64,000 nucleotides of DNA from Candidatus Latescibacterota bacterium. GTDB lineage: Bacteria > Latescibacterota > UBA2968 > UBA8231. The first letter of the stretch is position 1. Each line of letters opens with the position of its first letter. The stretch covers positions 512,001 to 576,000 of the forward strand of contig CBDAOB010000003.1 in NCBI GenBank assembly GCA_965197905.1. The letters are read 5' to 3'. This document shows positions 1 to 9,316 of this stretch, in pieces. The notes below the pieces were generated by a model. That model was not told where the DNA came from, did not search any database, and was given only the letters and a program-made list of their open reading frames with translations. A program made the translations under genes and the position numbers.

Positions 1-2
1 AT

Positions 3-695
3 GACTCGATACGACTGATGGCGGCACAGATCGTCGCCGGGGGCGTTGGTATCAACCTGACGGCGGCGCGACAGGTTGTCTTCAATGATCTCGACTGGGT
101 GCCGGTCAATCACTGGCAGGCGGAGGACCGGGCGTATCGCATCGGCCAGACGGCGGCGGTGAATGTCACCTACATGGTTGCAACCGGCACCGTCGACGAG
201 TTCGTGCGCTCCGTGCTCGAAGAGAAGTCGAATATCATCGACCAGCTGGTGGAAGGTTCCGCATTGCCGGAGGAGTTACAGTTGGACGTCATGGGCGAAT
301 TGCGCCGCGTCATGGGAGCCCTAGAGCCGACCCTGGAGAGATTGTCTCCGGTCGACGTCGACGAGGCGAAGATGCGCGAGCTTTTGGAGGAAGCCGGTAG
401 AACCTTCAGAGAGTCGCAAGAGCATGTTGAGATTGTCGCCAGCGCTCCTCCACCGCCAGCGGCCCTGGAGACCCTCGCCCGCGTCCTGGTGGGACCGACA
501 ACCGAACAGTACCGGGTAGACAGCTCGTCGAAACCTGGTGAGTATTACCTGTTGGAGGTCGATGGAACCGATGTCGTCTGCAACTGCAAGGGATTCTCCT
601 ATCGGGGCTCCTGTCAGCACGCTCGCACCTTGAAGGAGTTGCTGGTAACCGGAGATGAACTGCCGCAGGGATTTTCGCGCATCGTCCCTGATTGA
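3..695 (+). CDS. SNF2-family helicase, C-terminal part, with C-terminal SWIM zinc finger (5' partial)
   Basis: The frame is open from the window edge. Helicase-C motifs GVGINLTAA and QAEDRAYRIGQ are present, and CNCKGFSYRGSCQH fits CxCx(n)CxH. Confidence 0.85.
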   Translation, partial: DSIRLMAAQIVAGGVGINLTAARQVVFNDLDWVPVNHWQAEDRAYRIGQTAAVNVTYMVATGTVDEFVRSVLEEKSNIIDQLVEGSALPEELQLDVMGELRRVMGALEPTLERLSPVDVDEAKMRELLEEAGRTFRESQEHVEIVASAPPPPAALETLARVLVGPTTEQYRVDSSSKPGEYYLLEVDGTDVVCNCKGFSYRGSCQHARTLKELLVTGDELPQGFSRIVPD

Positions 696-783
696 CGCCG
701 TCCACTTCGTCTCCTGGCCAAGACAGGACCGGATCTTCCACCAATTGACGCCGGAATTCAGAACCCACGCCAAACGGAGTGTT

Positions 784-2637
784 ATGGAACAGTTCCACCG
801 CCGAATCGTTTTCCGCGACGGTGTCGACCACGGCATGTACGAAGCGTTCGCCTTGTCCAACTGGCACGAAGGCACCTGGGAAGTCACTGGTAACTTGCTG
901 CAGCAGAACCGAGATCGCGCCGAGGAGCTCGAGTCGCGCCTCCAGCTAACCCGCGAGATCTATGGTGGTGACTTTTCCTGGATACGCATCCGCAGAACCC
1001 CCTGGCCCGCGCTTGTTACCGGAGAATCGACATGGACGGACTACCAGACCCGGACCACTATTCGCGTGACCGGCGATGGCTCTGCCGGCATTGGATTTCG
1101 TTGGCAGGATGCGCGGCACTGTTATTACGCCATGCTGGAGAATCATTCGTCACTGGCGCTGTACCGCCGTGAGCAGGATGACGTCATCGAACTCGCCCGC
1201 GCGGAATTCCCCCGTGACCACGAGACGTTCTACACCCTGCGGGCGGAAGCGGAGGCAGACAGGCTGACTTGCTGGGTAGACGATGGTCCCACGATCTCGG
1301 CCACCGATAGCTCGTGGCCTTCTGGGCGTGTCGCCATGGTCGCCGGTTGCCCGGCGCAATACCGCGATCTCGAGGCACAAGGAAGAGGGCGTCCTACTCC
1401 GACACCGGCGCACTTGCCGGGCACGAGACCACGGGAAGAGCTGTCCATCCCCATAGCTCCGTTCGATTCCGAGAACGAAGGTCTCACGCTCTATGAAATC
1501 AATGGAGAACTGGCCATAGTCCGGCGGCCATCGCGGGGGCGGGAGCTTCTCTTCCTCGATAGCCGCGGCGGTGAGTTCCTGCGACTGGGGCCGTGGGATA
1601 CCCTCGGCAGCCTCGGCAATATTCCGCTGCAGATATTCGACATCAACGGTGACGGCCGCGATGAAGCCGTCTTGGTAGCCGACCAGCGCATCTACGTATA
1701 CAGCTGTGACACCGGCGAGCAGCTGGCCTCCTGCGACACCCCGCCTCCGAATGAGTACGGTGAAGCCTTGCGTGTTGCGGACAGCGCCACCGTCGACGAC
1801 TCCCTCTGCCGCGTCTTGGCGGGTAGGGATGAGCTACCCTTTTTCTACATCAAGGACCGCTACTGGAACATTCATCTCTTCAACGCCAACCTCGAACACT
1901 GTTGGCACAAGGCGCTCAACACGGGCCACTGCCCGCTTCCCATAGACCTGGACGGCAGTGGGCGGGAACAAATCCTCTGCGGCCATACATTGCTGGATCT
2001 GGATGGGAACGTGGTGTGGAAGCTCGATCTGGAGGATCATTTCGACGGCGCCGCCTACCTGACGTTGGCTCCCGACCAGGAGCCGTATTTCTACGTCGCC
2101 GCCGGTGAAGAAGGGCTGTTGTGCATTGACCCATCAACCGGCGAAATCCTCTCGCAACAGCTGCTGGGGCATGTGCAGAACTGCCTGTTCGGTCGTTTTC
2201 TGCCGGATCGTGCGGGGCTACAGGTGTTTGTGATTACCTGTTGGCGCGAACCTGGCCTGCGGTATCTGCTCGACGAGAACCTCGGCGAGGTCGCCCGCTG
2301 GGAGCGTGATCCCGCGCTGTACCAGCTTGGCGATGATCTGCTACCGTGGGGGGAGCGAGATCTGATCATCACCCAACAGGGGATTCGCGATCCAGTAAAC
2401 GGATTGGTGATCCACGAGTTCCCCGAGGAAACCGCTCACACCCATTGCGTGACCGACTGGCCCGGTGTTGGTCCAAGCCGGTTGATGCAAGTTCTTACCG
2501 ACCGCATCGTGATCAGTGGACCGGAGGACGGCAATGTGCGTTATGCCACACCTATTCGTCCGATCCATTGCGGCTATCTCCCACGCGGCCCCCTGTCGTG
2601 GGTGCGGTCAGCTTCGAGTTACGCCTCGACCCAGTAA
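784..2637 (+). CDS. Beta-propeller protein (FG-GAP/rhamnogalacturonan-lyase-like) with N-terminal beta-sandwich
   Basis: Ca-blade motifs DINGDGRDE and DLDGSGREQ. ATG 784 follows GGAG, so it is preferred over the track start at 655. Confidence 0.6.
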   Translation: MEQFHRRIVFRDGVDHGMYEAFALSNWHEGTWEVTGNLLQQNRDRAEELESRLQLTREIYGGDFSWIRIRRTPWPALVTGESTWTDYQTRTTIRVTGDGSAGIGFRWQDARHCYYAMLENHSSLALYRREQDDVIELARAEFPRDHETFYTLRAEAEADRLTCWVDDGPTISATDSSWPSGRVAMVAGCPAQYRDLEAQGRGRPTPTPAHLPGTRPREELSIPIAPFDSENEGLTLYEINGELAIVRRPSRGRELLFLDSRGGEFLRLGPWDTLGSLGNIPLQIFDINGDGRDEAVLVADQRIYVYSCDTGEQLASCDTPPPNEYGEALRVADSATVDDSLCRVLAGRDELPFFYIKDRYWNIHLFNANLEHCWHKALNTGHCPLPIDLDGSGREQILCGHTLLDLDGNVVWKLDLEDHFDGAAYLTLAPDQEPYFYVAAGEEGLLCIDPSTGEILSQQLLGHVQNCLFGRFLPDRAGLQVFVITCWREPGLRYLLDENLGEVARWERDPALYQLGDDLLPWGERDLIITQQGIRDPVNGLVIHEFPEETAHTHCVTDWPGVGPSRLMQVLTDRIVISGPEDGNVRYATPIRPIHCGYLPRGPLSWVRSASSYASTQ

Positions 2638-4076
2638 GAATAGAGTTTCGCGTCCCGAAGCGTGAATCGCAGACTGACGGCGTTGTCTTGCTGCTCACCA
2701 ATATTGCCCTGCTGCCATACCAATTCGGCGCTCGGATGGTCGCCTTCCAGAGGGACAGACACAGCGACCACTCCCCCATCGCCATCCAGCGCCTCGACGC
2801 TGAGCTCCCCGCCAGCCGCATCGACATTGACGAACAAGCGCTTACCTAGAAGCGCAAACGGATCGGTGAGGACCGTGCCCCCATTTTCGCCGACATCGAG
2901 CGAAACAAACCCATCCCGCCGCAACACGGCCAGGCAGATGGCAGACGCGTCCTTGTCCAGGTCGCGCCGATTTTCCTCGGAGGTCAAGGCACGATATTTG
3001 AGCCCGCTGTAGTAGAACCACAGCTCGTCGTCGCGCACAACCGCCGATGCTGGACTCATGATCTGAGTCAAATCGTAGGCACCGCAATCCCCTCGGGACG
3101 GTTCGATGAATGCCTGTCGATCTCCCAAACGGGACCAATTCTTCAGATTGCGGCTGGAGGCAAGCTCGGCCACGTGAAAGCCGTCGGTGTTCGTGTTTGC
3201 AAATCCAGGACAGACGGCGTGGTAGAAGGCCGGCATCCCCCAGTAGGCCGATTCGTATCGAAAGGGGCACATGTGATACACATCGATGTTGTAGATCGAC
3301 GGGTCGTTGGAAAGAAGCGGCTGATACGCGGGATCCGCCAGTCGGGCTGCGATGCGCTCGGCCCCGCGGGTCTGATCCAGGTCATCGGCTTCGAAGATCA
3401 GCTCGGGCTCGCTCCAATTGCTGAAGTCCATACTGGTGGTCAGCCAGATCGCTCTACCGTCCTTACCCCGCCGTTTGAGATAATGGAGAAACAGATGCTC
3501 CCTCTCGTCGAAGGTCAGATTCCATTCATCTGCAGACGAAATGCCCGGATGGCTGATCTCCGACCACCGGATCCCGTCGGGGGACACCGCATAGCCACCC
3601 TTGCCTTCGTCGAAGACATTCGGCGTCGCCGTCTTGTAGCGCCGGTTGGGATCGGGATCGGCATCATCGCGCACGATACATTCCGCCCTGTGTTGCACAC
3701 CCCCGAGGACAACCGTTACGAGGTTGTTCGCCTTTGAACCGCGATACTCCACCTGGCCGACCTCCGGCTTCGACCAGTGCAAGCCGTCCGGGCTTTCGTA
3801 ATAGCCGCTGAAATAGACTCCGGTTCCGTCCAGCTCGGACGGTTCGGAGGCGCAGTCCCACAACTGCCAGACCTCCTTCTCCGGGCTCCATATGGGAGCC
3901 ATGCGGATCTGGATGCTGTTGAATCCCATGGCAACGTCGGGCCGGATGACCGCACCCTTTTTGTCGGGCGCATGCATCGTTCGCGTCAGAGTCTCTATCT
4001 TGGAAATGCCGTAGTTATCGGGAAATAATTGGCGCTCTCCCAACGGAACGGTGAAGGTTGTTTCGCCTAGGCTCAT
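2619..4076 (-). CDS. GH32/GH43-like five-bladed beta-propeller plus C-terminal beta-sandwich, function unknown
   Basis: SPDGLHWSKP, DPDPNRRYK, LRRDGFVSL and LRFTLRDAKLYSY; AAGGAGG Shine-Dalgarno (SD). Confidence 0.75.
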   Translation of the reverse strand: MSLGETTFTVPLGERQLFPDNYGISKIETLTRTMHAPDKKGAVIRPDVAMGFNSIQIRMAPIWSPEKEVWQLWDCASEPSELDGTGVYFSGYYESPDGLHWSKPEVGQVEYRGSKANNLVTVVLGGVQHRAECIVRDDADPDPNRRYKTATPNVFDEGKGGYAVSPDGIRWSEISHPGISSADEWNLTFDEREHLFLHYLKRRGKDGRAIWLTTSMDFSNWSEPELIFEADDLDQTRGAERIAARLADPAYQPLLSNDPSIYNIDVYHMCPFRYESAYWGMPAFYHAVCPGFANTNTDGFHVAELASSRNLKNWSRLGDRQAFIEPSRGDCGAYDLTQIMSPASAVVRDDELWFYYSGLKYRALTSEENRRDLDKDASAICLAVLRRDGFVSLDVGENGGTVLTDPFALLGKRLFVNVDAAGGELSVEALDGDGGVVAVSVPLEGDHPSAELVWQQGNIGEQQDNAVSLRFTLRDAKLYSYWVEA

Positions 4077-4145
4077 GATTGGATCCTCCTTCGCAAATAT
4101 CGATGGACGCCGAGCTGTTTCCCACAGATCGAGATGAAATTTCGG

Positions 4146-5345
4146 TTAGATCGTTACGACTTGTGCAAGCAACACCTTGTTAATACCCCCCTCACGCGGA
4201 CCGCTCCTCATTCCCTCGCCGACGGTTACCCAACTTTCGTTGTCGCTGACTTGACAGACGCCGAAATTGCCCATGGCGGCGTTGTTTGCCGGAATCGCCG
4301 CTCGTTCGGTGGAACGAATCACGTGCAATCGCTCGGGATCGACCTCTGCTATGAAAATCGGGGCCCGATGCCGGAAGATGTGCTCGTTGTCGCCGCTTGG
4401 CCGGCAGTATAGCAGGTACAGTCTGCCGTCGATAGTAGCCCAGTGTTGCTGTGTGCAGTAGCTGCCAAGAATCTCGCCATCGTCGAAGGTCCACTCGCGA
4501 GCCTCCTCGAAATTGATGCCGTCGGTTCCCTGGGTTACGAATGCGCTGTGGTCGGAACGCATGGTCAGAAAGAAGGCTCCCTGGAATTCGGCCAGAGAAG
4601 GTTCATACAGACCGCGGGCCGAAAACTCGACGCCCCTTCGTTCGGCAAGCCGGCGAGAATGATCCTGCGCTATAGAGTGCTGCGTACCGTGCTCTTTGTA
4701 GGTCAACGTTTGCCCGTCGAAACCGCATCGCGCAACGATGCTGTTGTAGAGCACGGCCTCGTCCCCGTAATCGAAGGTATCCGCTTCTTGGTCGAGAGTA
4801 GCACTGGGTAGATAGCGCAGCGGAAGTAGAACGTCGCCGTCCGGCAGGTCGACGCGCTGACTGCAACCGGCACTTACAGCCAGCATCGGCAGGTTGTCGT
4901 GGTCCTTCTCTGGGAGTTCTAACGCCTGCAGCTGACCCCAGCTTCCGGTTGCCGGATCCATGACGGCGTACGCAGCCTGCTGCTTCAAATGGTGTTCGTG
5001 CCGACCACTGAGGAAGTGAAAGGTGACCCCGGCGGCGATTACCTTGCCGCTTTGAGGGTGCCATTGGTTCCACATATCGCTCGGAGCCACCTCGTAACCA
5101 TCCGCCGTTTCCGCTCGCCGCAGCGAAGGAACCGGAGCAGGCTCGGACCAGGTCGCGCCATGGTCTCGACTGATTGTCTGGTAGATATCGCAGTAATCGT
5201 GGGTAAACCTGTTCCGCGTTTGGTTCAGGATCGTGACCGAGAGAGCTTTCTCTCCTGGGACATGGGCCGTGCGGACTTGAAGCCAATCCCATTCGTCGTT
5301 GCCCTCAACCATCGCCGAGCAGGAGATCTGAATTTCGCCGCTCAT
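4146..5345 (-). CDS. Sialidase-like (BNR/Asp-box) protein
   Basis: Asp-box SRDHGATW; RGLYEPSL, SYCTQQHW and FRHRAP motifs. Confidence 0.7.
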   Translation of the reverse strand: MSGEIQISCSAMVEGNDEWDWLQVRTAHVPGEKALSVTILNQTRNRFTHDYCDIYQTISRDHGATWSEPAPVPSLRRAETADGYEVAPSDMWNQWHPQSGKVIAAGVTFHFLSGRHEHHLKQQAAYAVMDPATGSWGQLQALELPEKDHDNLPMLAVSAGCSQRVDLPDGDVLLPLRYLPSATLDQEADTFDYGDEAVLYNSIVARCGFDGQTLTYKEHGTQHSIAQDHSRRLAERRGVEFSARGLYEPSLAEFQGAFFLTMRSDHSAFVTQGTDGINFEEAREWTFDDGEILGSYCTQQHWATIDGRLYLLYCRPSGDNEHIFRHRAPIFIAEVDPERLHVIRSTERAAIPANNAAMGNFGVCQVSDNESWVTVGEGMRSGPREGGINKVLLAQVVTI

Positions 5346-5409
5346 GGATCTATCTCGCCCAGATTGACATCACTGGAACGTGACGGAATACACGCACCAG
5401 TTGCACGGT

Positions 5410-6426
5410 TTACATCTCCAATACCTGCCGCCAGAGTTCTGCGTCCACGGGAATACCGTTTTCCAGATTGTCGCGCCGGACTGCCAGCATCCCCTCACCG
5501 GGGTAACGTATTTCATCGACTCCTCCCGAGGGGAGAACGTCCTTGAAATCGCGGACGATCTGATCGACGACCTCCTCGACGAATCTTCCACCCGACAGTA
5601 AGCTCACGTCGATGGCAATGAATACCTGGGAGACTCCGGTCTCCTGCGTCCGGGTCGAGATCGTCGACGTGGAGTCACCCCCTGAGATTGCGGTAGCCAT
5701 TAGATCGAGCATCAACGCCAGACCCGATCCCTTCCAATACCCTATGGGCAGCCCCCTCCTCGATTCCAGAATAGCAGCGGGTTCGGTGCTCAAATGGCCG
5801 TCGCCGTCATATCCGCCCGCCACTGACAGCCGCTCTCCGCTCCGCCGCATCACCTGAAGCCTACCATTCGAATATTGGCTCATGGCCATGTCCAGGAGAA
5901 CATGACGGTCCTCATACGGAACGCATATGGTCAACGGGTTGTTGCCGACGTTTGCTGTCTTCGCACCCCACGGCGGCATGAGTTTGGTTGTATTCGTCCA
6001 GCAGATTCCGACACACCCGGCATCCGCGGCCTGCAGGCCGTAAGCACCTGCGCGCATCCAGTGGTTGGTGTTTCGTAGGCCGACACAACCCATGCCATTC
6101 AGACGGGAAATGTCGATCGCTCGAGCCATAGCCATTTCGGCATTCAACAGCCCGACACCCCGCTCCCCGTCCCACTGTTCGATGACGCCGAGTTCGTGCG
6201 CCTGGCTCGGTTCGGCGGCGATGTCGACGGTACCGTTGCGACACGAGGTCACAAATCCTGGAAACCGGTTCAAGCCATGGGAGACGACTCCATCCCGGGT
6301 GTTTTCCGCGAACAGTCGAGCGCATCGCTCTCCGCGATCTTCGGCAAATCCGATCGCCAGCAGAACACGTCGGAATTCGCCGACCATACTCTCGAAAGCC
6401 ACCCTTTCAGGCATGGGACTCGGCAC
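5410..6426 (-). CDS. yiaK: 2,3-diketo-L-gulonate reductase (Ldh_2 family)
   Basis: SHGLNRFP, LRNTNHWMRAGAYG, CWTNT, GNNPL, LDMAMSQYS and PIGYWKGSGL. Confidence 0.85.
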   Translation of the reverse strand: MPSPMPERVAFESMVGEFRRVLLAIGFAEDRGERCARLFAENTRDGVVSHGLNRFPGFVTSCRNGTVDIAAEPSQAHELGVIEQWDGERGVGLLNAEMAMARAIDISRLNGMGCVGLRNTNHWMRAGAYGLQAADAGCVGICWTNTTKLMPPWGAKTANVGNNPLTICVPYEDRHVLLDMAMSQYSNGRLQVMRRSGERLSVAGGYDGDGHLSTEPAAILESRRGLPIGYWKGSGLALMLDLMATAISGGDSTSTISTRTQETGVSQVFIAIDVSLLSGGRFVEEVVDQIVRDFKDVLPSGGVDEIRYPGEGMLAVRRDNLENGIPVDAELWRQVLEM

Positions 6427-6435
6427 TCCGAAACG

Positions 6436-7245
6436 TCATTCTGTTTCGAATAGGGAGGGGAAAAAACGGTGTGGATCGGCCGGCTCGCGGAACAGGATCT
6501 GCTGGCGGGGCGTCAGCTCGATATTGTCTGGCAGGCGCACCCGATTTGATGACCACGCCATCTGCGACACACAATACTTGTAGAGCAGGGATCGGCGTTC
6601 ATGTTTTCCCGTCCACGCCGCCGTTCCGTGCGTCAACGCTTCGCTGAAGATGATTATGGAGCCTGCCGGTACCTCGGGAATGATCACGCATGGCGCGTCT
6701 TCAGGCGCGTCTAAAAACTCTTGTGGCAGCTTGTAGTTGCTCTTGTGGCTGCCCGGAATACAGCAGAACCCGCCATACTCCGGACCAGTAGGCGCCAGGT
6801 TCCACGCCACCACTGCAAAACCGTTGACGATCTCGTTGTCGCGAAACGGCTGAAATCGACCCGGCTGTGCCTCTGAGGTCTTCCGGCTGGCACCATAGTC
6901 CGCGTGCATGGGCCCCCATGGGTTACCGGCCTGCATGCACAGCCCGTAGATACGGTCCAGCCGGAAGCAGTCTCCGAGCCAGAATCGAAGCGGTGGCATA
7001 ATGCGCGGATGATCGAGCAAATCACAGAACGGTTTCCCCCAGCTCAAAAAGCCGGGCCCTTCGGGCCTCCCCCCGGCGGCACTGCCGAAACGGAGGTTGC
7101 CGCCCGTGGGCATCTCATGTTGATCCAGTAGTGCATTCAGAATCCCGATCTCATCGGCAGCAAGAGCATCCTCGATTACCAGGAACCCTTGCAGGTCGAA
7201 GAGATAGCGTTGGGTCTCGTAAAAATCATTAGCTTTGGATGACAT
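6436..7245 (-). CDS. PhyH-family Fe(II)/2OG dioxygenase
   Basis: YLFDLQGFL, HAD...H facial triad and IPGSHKSN. Start at ATG 7245 avoids overlap with rnr. Confidence 0.85.
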   Translation of the reverse strand: MSSKANDFYETQRYLFDLQGFLVIEDALAADEIGILNALLDQHEMPTGGNLRFGSAAGGRPEGPGFLSWGKPFCDLLDHPRIMPPLRFWLGDCFRLDRIYGLCMQAGNPWGPMHADYGASRKTSEAQPGRFQPFRDNEIVNGFAVVAWNLAPTGPEYGGFCCIPGSHKSNYKLPQEFLDAPEDAPCVIIPEVPAGSIIIFSEALTHGTAAWTGKHERRSLLYKYCVSQMAWSSNRVRLPDNIELTPRQQILFREPADPHRFFPSLFETE

Positions 7246-7250
7246 TCCGT

Positions 7251-9230
7251 TCAGGTCCCCTTCTTCCCTCTCTTGCGGTTGCCGGAGGCTCGTTGCTTCG
7301 AACGTTTGGTTTCCCTGCGAGCTTTGGGTGTGCTCGTCGCCCCAGTCGGTGACCACGCCGCAGCAAGCTCGAAGTTCATTCGTCTCATTCCCACGTCCAC
7401 CGCCGCCAGCTTGACGTTCACCGAATCTCCAAGTCCGTAGCTCGCTCTCGAGTTGCGCCCGACGACGGTCTGGGTTTCCTCCCAGACCTCGAAATACTCC
7501 CCCCCTCTTCGACTCAGCTGTTCCATAGGGACCAGCCCATCCGCATACAGATCCTTGGGACGCACAAACAGTCCCATGGCATGAACTCCAACAATCGTGG
7601 CTTCCATCTCTTCACCGATTTTCTTTTTCGCGACCAGGCAGGCCGCCAGCTGGGTTATGTCCCGTTCGGCCTGCACGGCTCGACGCTCGGCATCGGAGGA
7701 ACTCTCCGCCATCTTGTCGAGGCCACTGAGCCTCGATTTGCCGTTCCAGTGATTCCATAGAGCCCGGTGCACTAGCAGATCCGGATAACGGCGGATCGGT
7801 GAGGTGAAATGGGCATAAGCTTCAGATGCGAGACCGTAATGCCCCTCACACTCCGTAGAATAATACGCCTGGGAAAGCGACCGCAGCAACATCATCTGGC
7901 CGGCTTCGGACTGGCGCATCTGTTTGATCTTCTTGAGAAACTGCGCCAAGCCCTTGCCATTCTTGGAGCTTTTGCTGCTTAGGCGCAAACCATACTGTTT
8001 TGCCCAACTCCCGAGACGCGTCCACTTGTCTTGAGGGGGTGGTGGATGAACGCGATACATGCCTGCGAGGCGTTGGTCGACAAGATATTCAGCCACTGAT
8101 TCGTTCGCTGCCACCATCAGATCTTCTATCACTTGATGAGCCGCCAATTGCCCACGGCCGACGACGTTCGTCAGTTTACCGGATTTGCTGAAGATGACTT
8201 CCGCCTCCGGAATCTCCAGATCGAGTGAACCGCGACTAAAACGTCGTTGGCGCAACAGTTCTGAAGCGGCCATCGCGTTCTGTACAACGGCACGGACCTT
8301 CTTGGGCACTCCTGTATCCCGGTCGATAAGATTCTGTACTTGGGTATAGGTGAGACGTGCGGCGCTGCGTATAAGGGAAGGGTAGATATGGATGTCGTTT
8401 CGTTCGCCGTCGGCGTCGACAAACATCTCGCAGGTCAAGGTATACCGCGGCTCCCCGGGCACGAGGGAACACAGCCCGTTCGACAAGCGCTCGGGCAACA
8501 TGGGAAACACTTGCGTAGGCAGATAGACGCTGGTGCCTCGCAGCCGGGCTTCCCTGTCGATGGCGGAGCGCGTCTTCACGTAGGAGGCGACGTCGGCGAT
8601 GGATACCCAGATGCGGTACCCTTCGTTCTCTTCCACGGCAGCAACGGCATCGTCGAAATCCCTGGCGTGCTCGCCGTCGATGGTGACATGCAGTCGCTTG
8701 CGAAGGTCGCGGCGGCCACCGTCAACATTCTCGACGTCTACCTCATCGAACCGCTCAGCCTGCTCCAGCACATCCTCTGAAAAGTGGTTCGGCAATGGCA
8801 GACCGGCCTCTGCCATCTTCAGCTGGGTGTTGTCGTCGCCTTCCGGGCCAAGTAGTTCCAGAACGGTCGCTTCCGAGACCCGGGTCTTGGTGGACGACTG
8901 TGTTACCTCGAAGCGCACGGCATTGTCGGCTTTGATATCGTCGGCCGAGCCATCCTTGACGAACTGAGGAGGTGCCGCCGGCTCCGGTTCGATCCAAACC
9001 GCCTGCTTGTGCCGGCGCAGCCAGCCGACTCCTCCGAGAAGAGGTAAGGCGGGCTGGTCTGTTTCCTTCCGCACAAAACGCCGTTTGCCCCTTTTTTCTT
9101 GCGCTCTCTTCTGTCCCTTGCGGGGTTTCCTTGCGCCGCTGCCCTTCTGCTTCTTATCCCGAGCTCCCTTTTTGCGCCCGCCGTCTTTTGGCGGTTTCGT
9201 TCCACCTCTTTTGGATCGGAGCTTGGCCAT
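7251..9230 (-). CDS. rnr: Ribonuclease R / RNB-family exoribonuclease
   Basis: TIDGEHARDFDDA, RGTSVY, HFTSPIRRYPDL, C-terminal S1 domain and K/R-rich tail. Confidence 0.85.
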   Translation of the reverse strand: MAKLRSKRGGTKPPKDGGRKKGARDKKQKGSGARKPRKGQKRAQEKRGKRRFVRKETDQPALPLLGGVGWLRRHKQAVWIEPEPAAPPQFVKDGSADDIKADNAVRFEVTQSSTKTRVSEATVLELLGPEGDDNTQLKMAEAGLPLPNHFSEDVLEQAERFDEVDVENVDGGRRDLRKRLHVTIDGEHARDFDDAVAAVEENEGYRIWVSIADVASYVKTRSAIDREARLRGTSVYLPTQVFPMLPERLSNGLCSLVPGEPRYTLTCEMFVDADGERNDIHIYPSLIRSAARLTYTQVQNLIDRDTGVPKKVRAVVQNAMAASELLRQRRFSRGSLDLEIPEAEVIFSKSGKLTNVVGRGQLAAHQVIEDLMVAANESVAEYLVDQRLAGMYRVHPPPPQDKWTRLGSWAKQYGLRLSSKSSKNGKGLAQFLKKIKQMRQSEAGQMMLLRSLSQAYYSTECEGHYGLASEAYAHFTSPIRRYPDLLVHRALWNHWNGKSRLSGLDKMAESSSDAERRAVQAERDITQLAACLVAKKKIGEEMEATIVGVHAMGLFVRPKDLYADGLVPMEQLSRRGGEYFEVWEETQTVVGRNSRASYGLGDSVNVKLAAVDVGMRRMNFELAAAWSPTGATSTPKARRETKRSKQRASGNRKRGKKGT

Positions 9231-9316
9231 AGACAGACTACCGTTGCCGTTTCGGCTTGTGAAACAAGGCGATCGCCGACGTGCCACGCAGCGCGGTCCT
9301 GGGGAGGGAGAGGACG

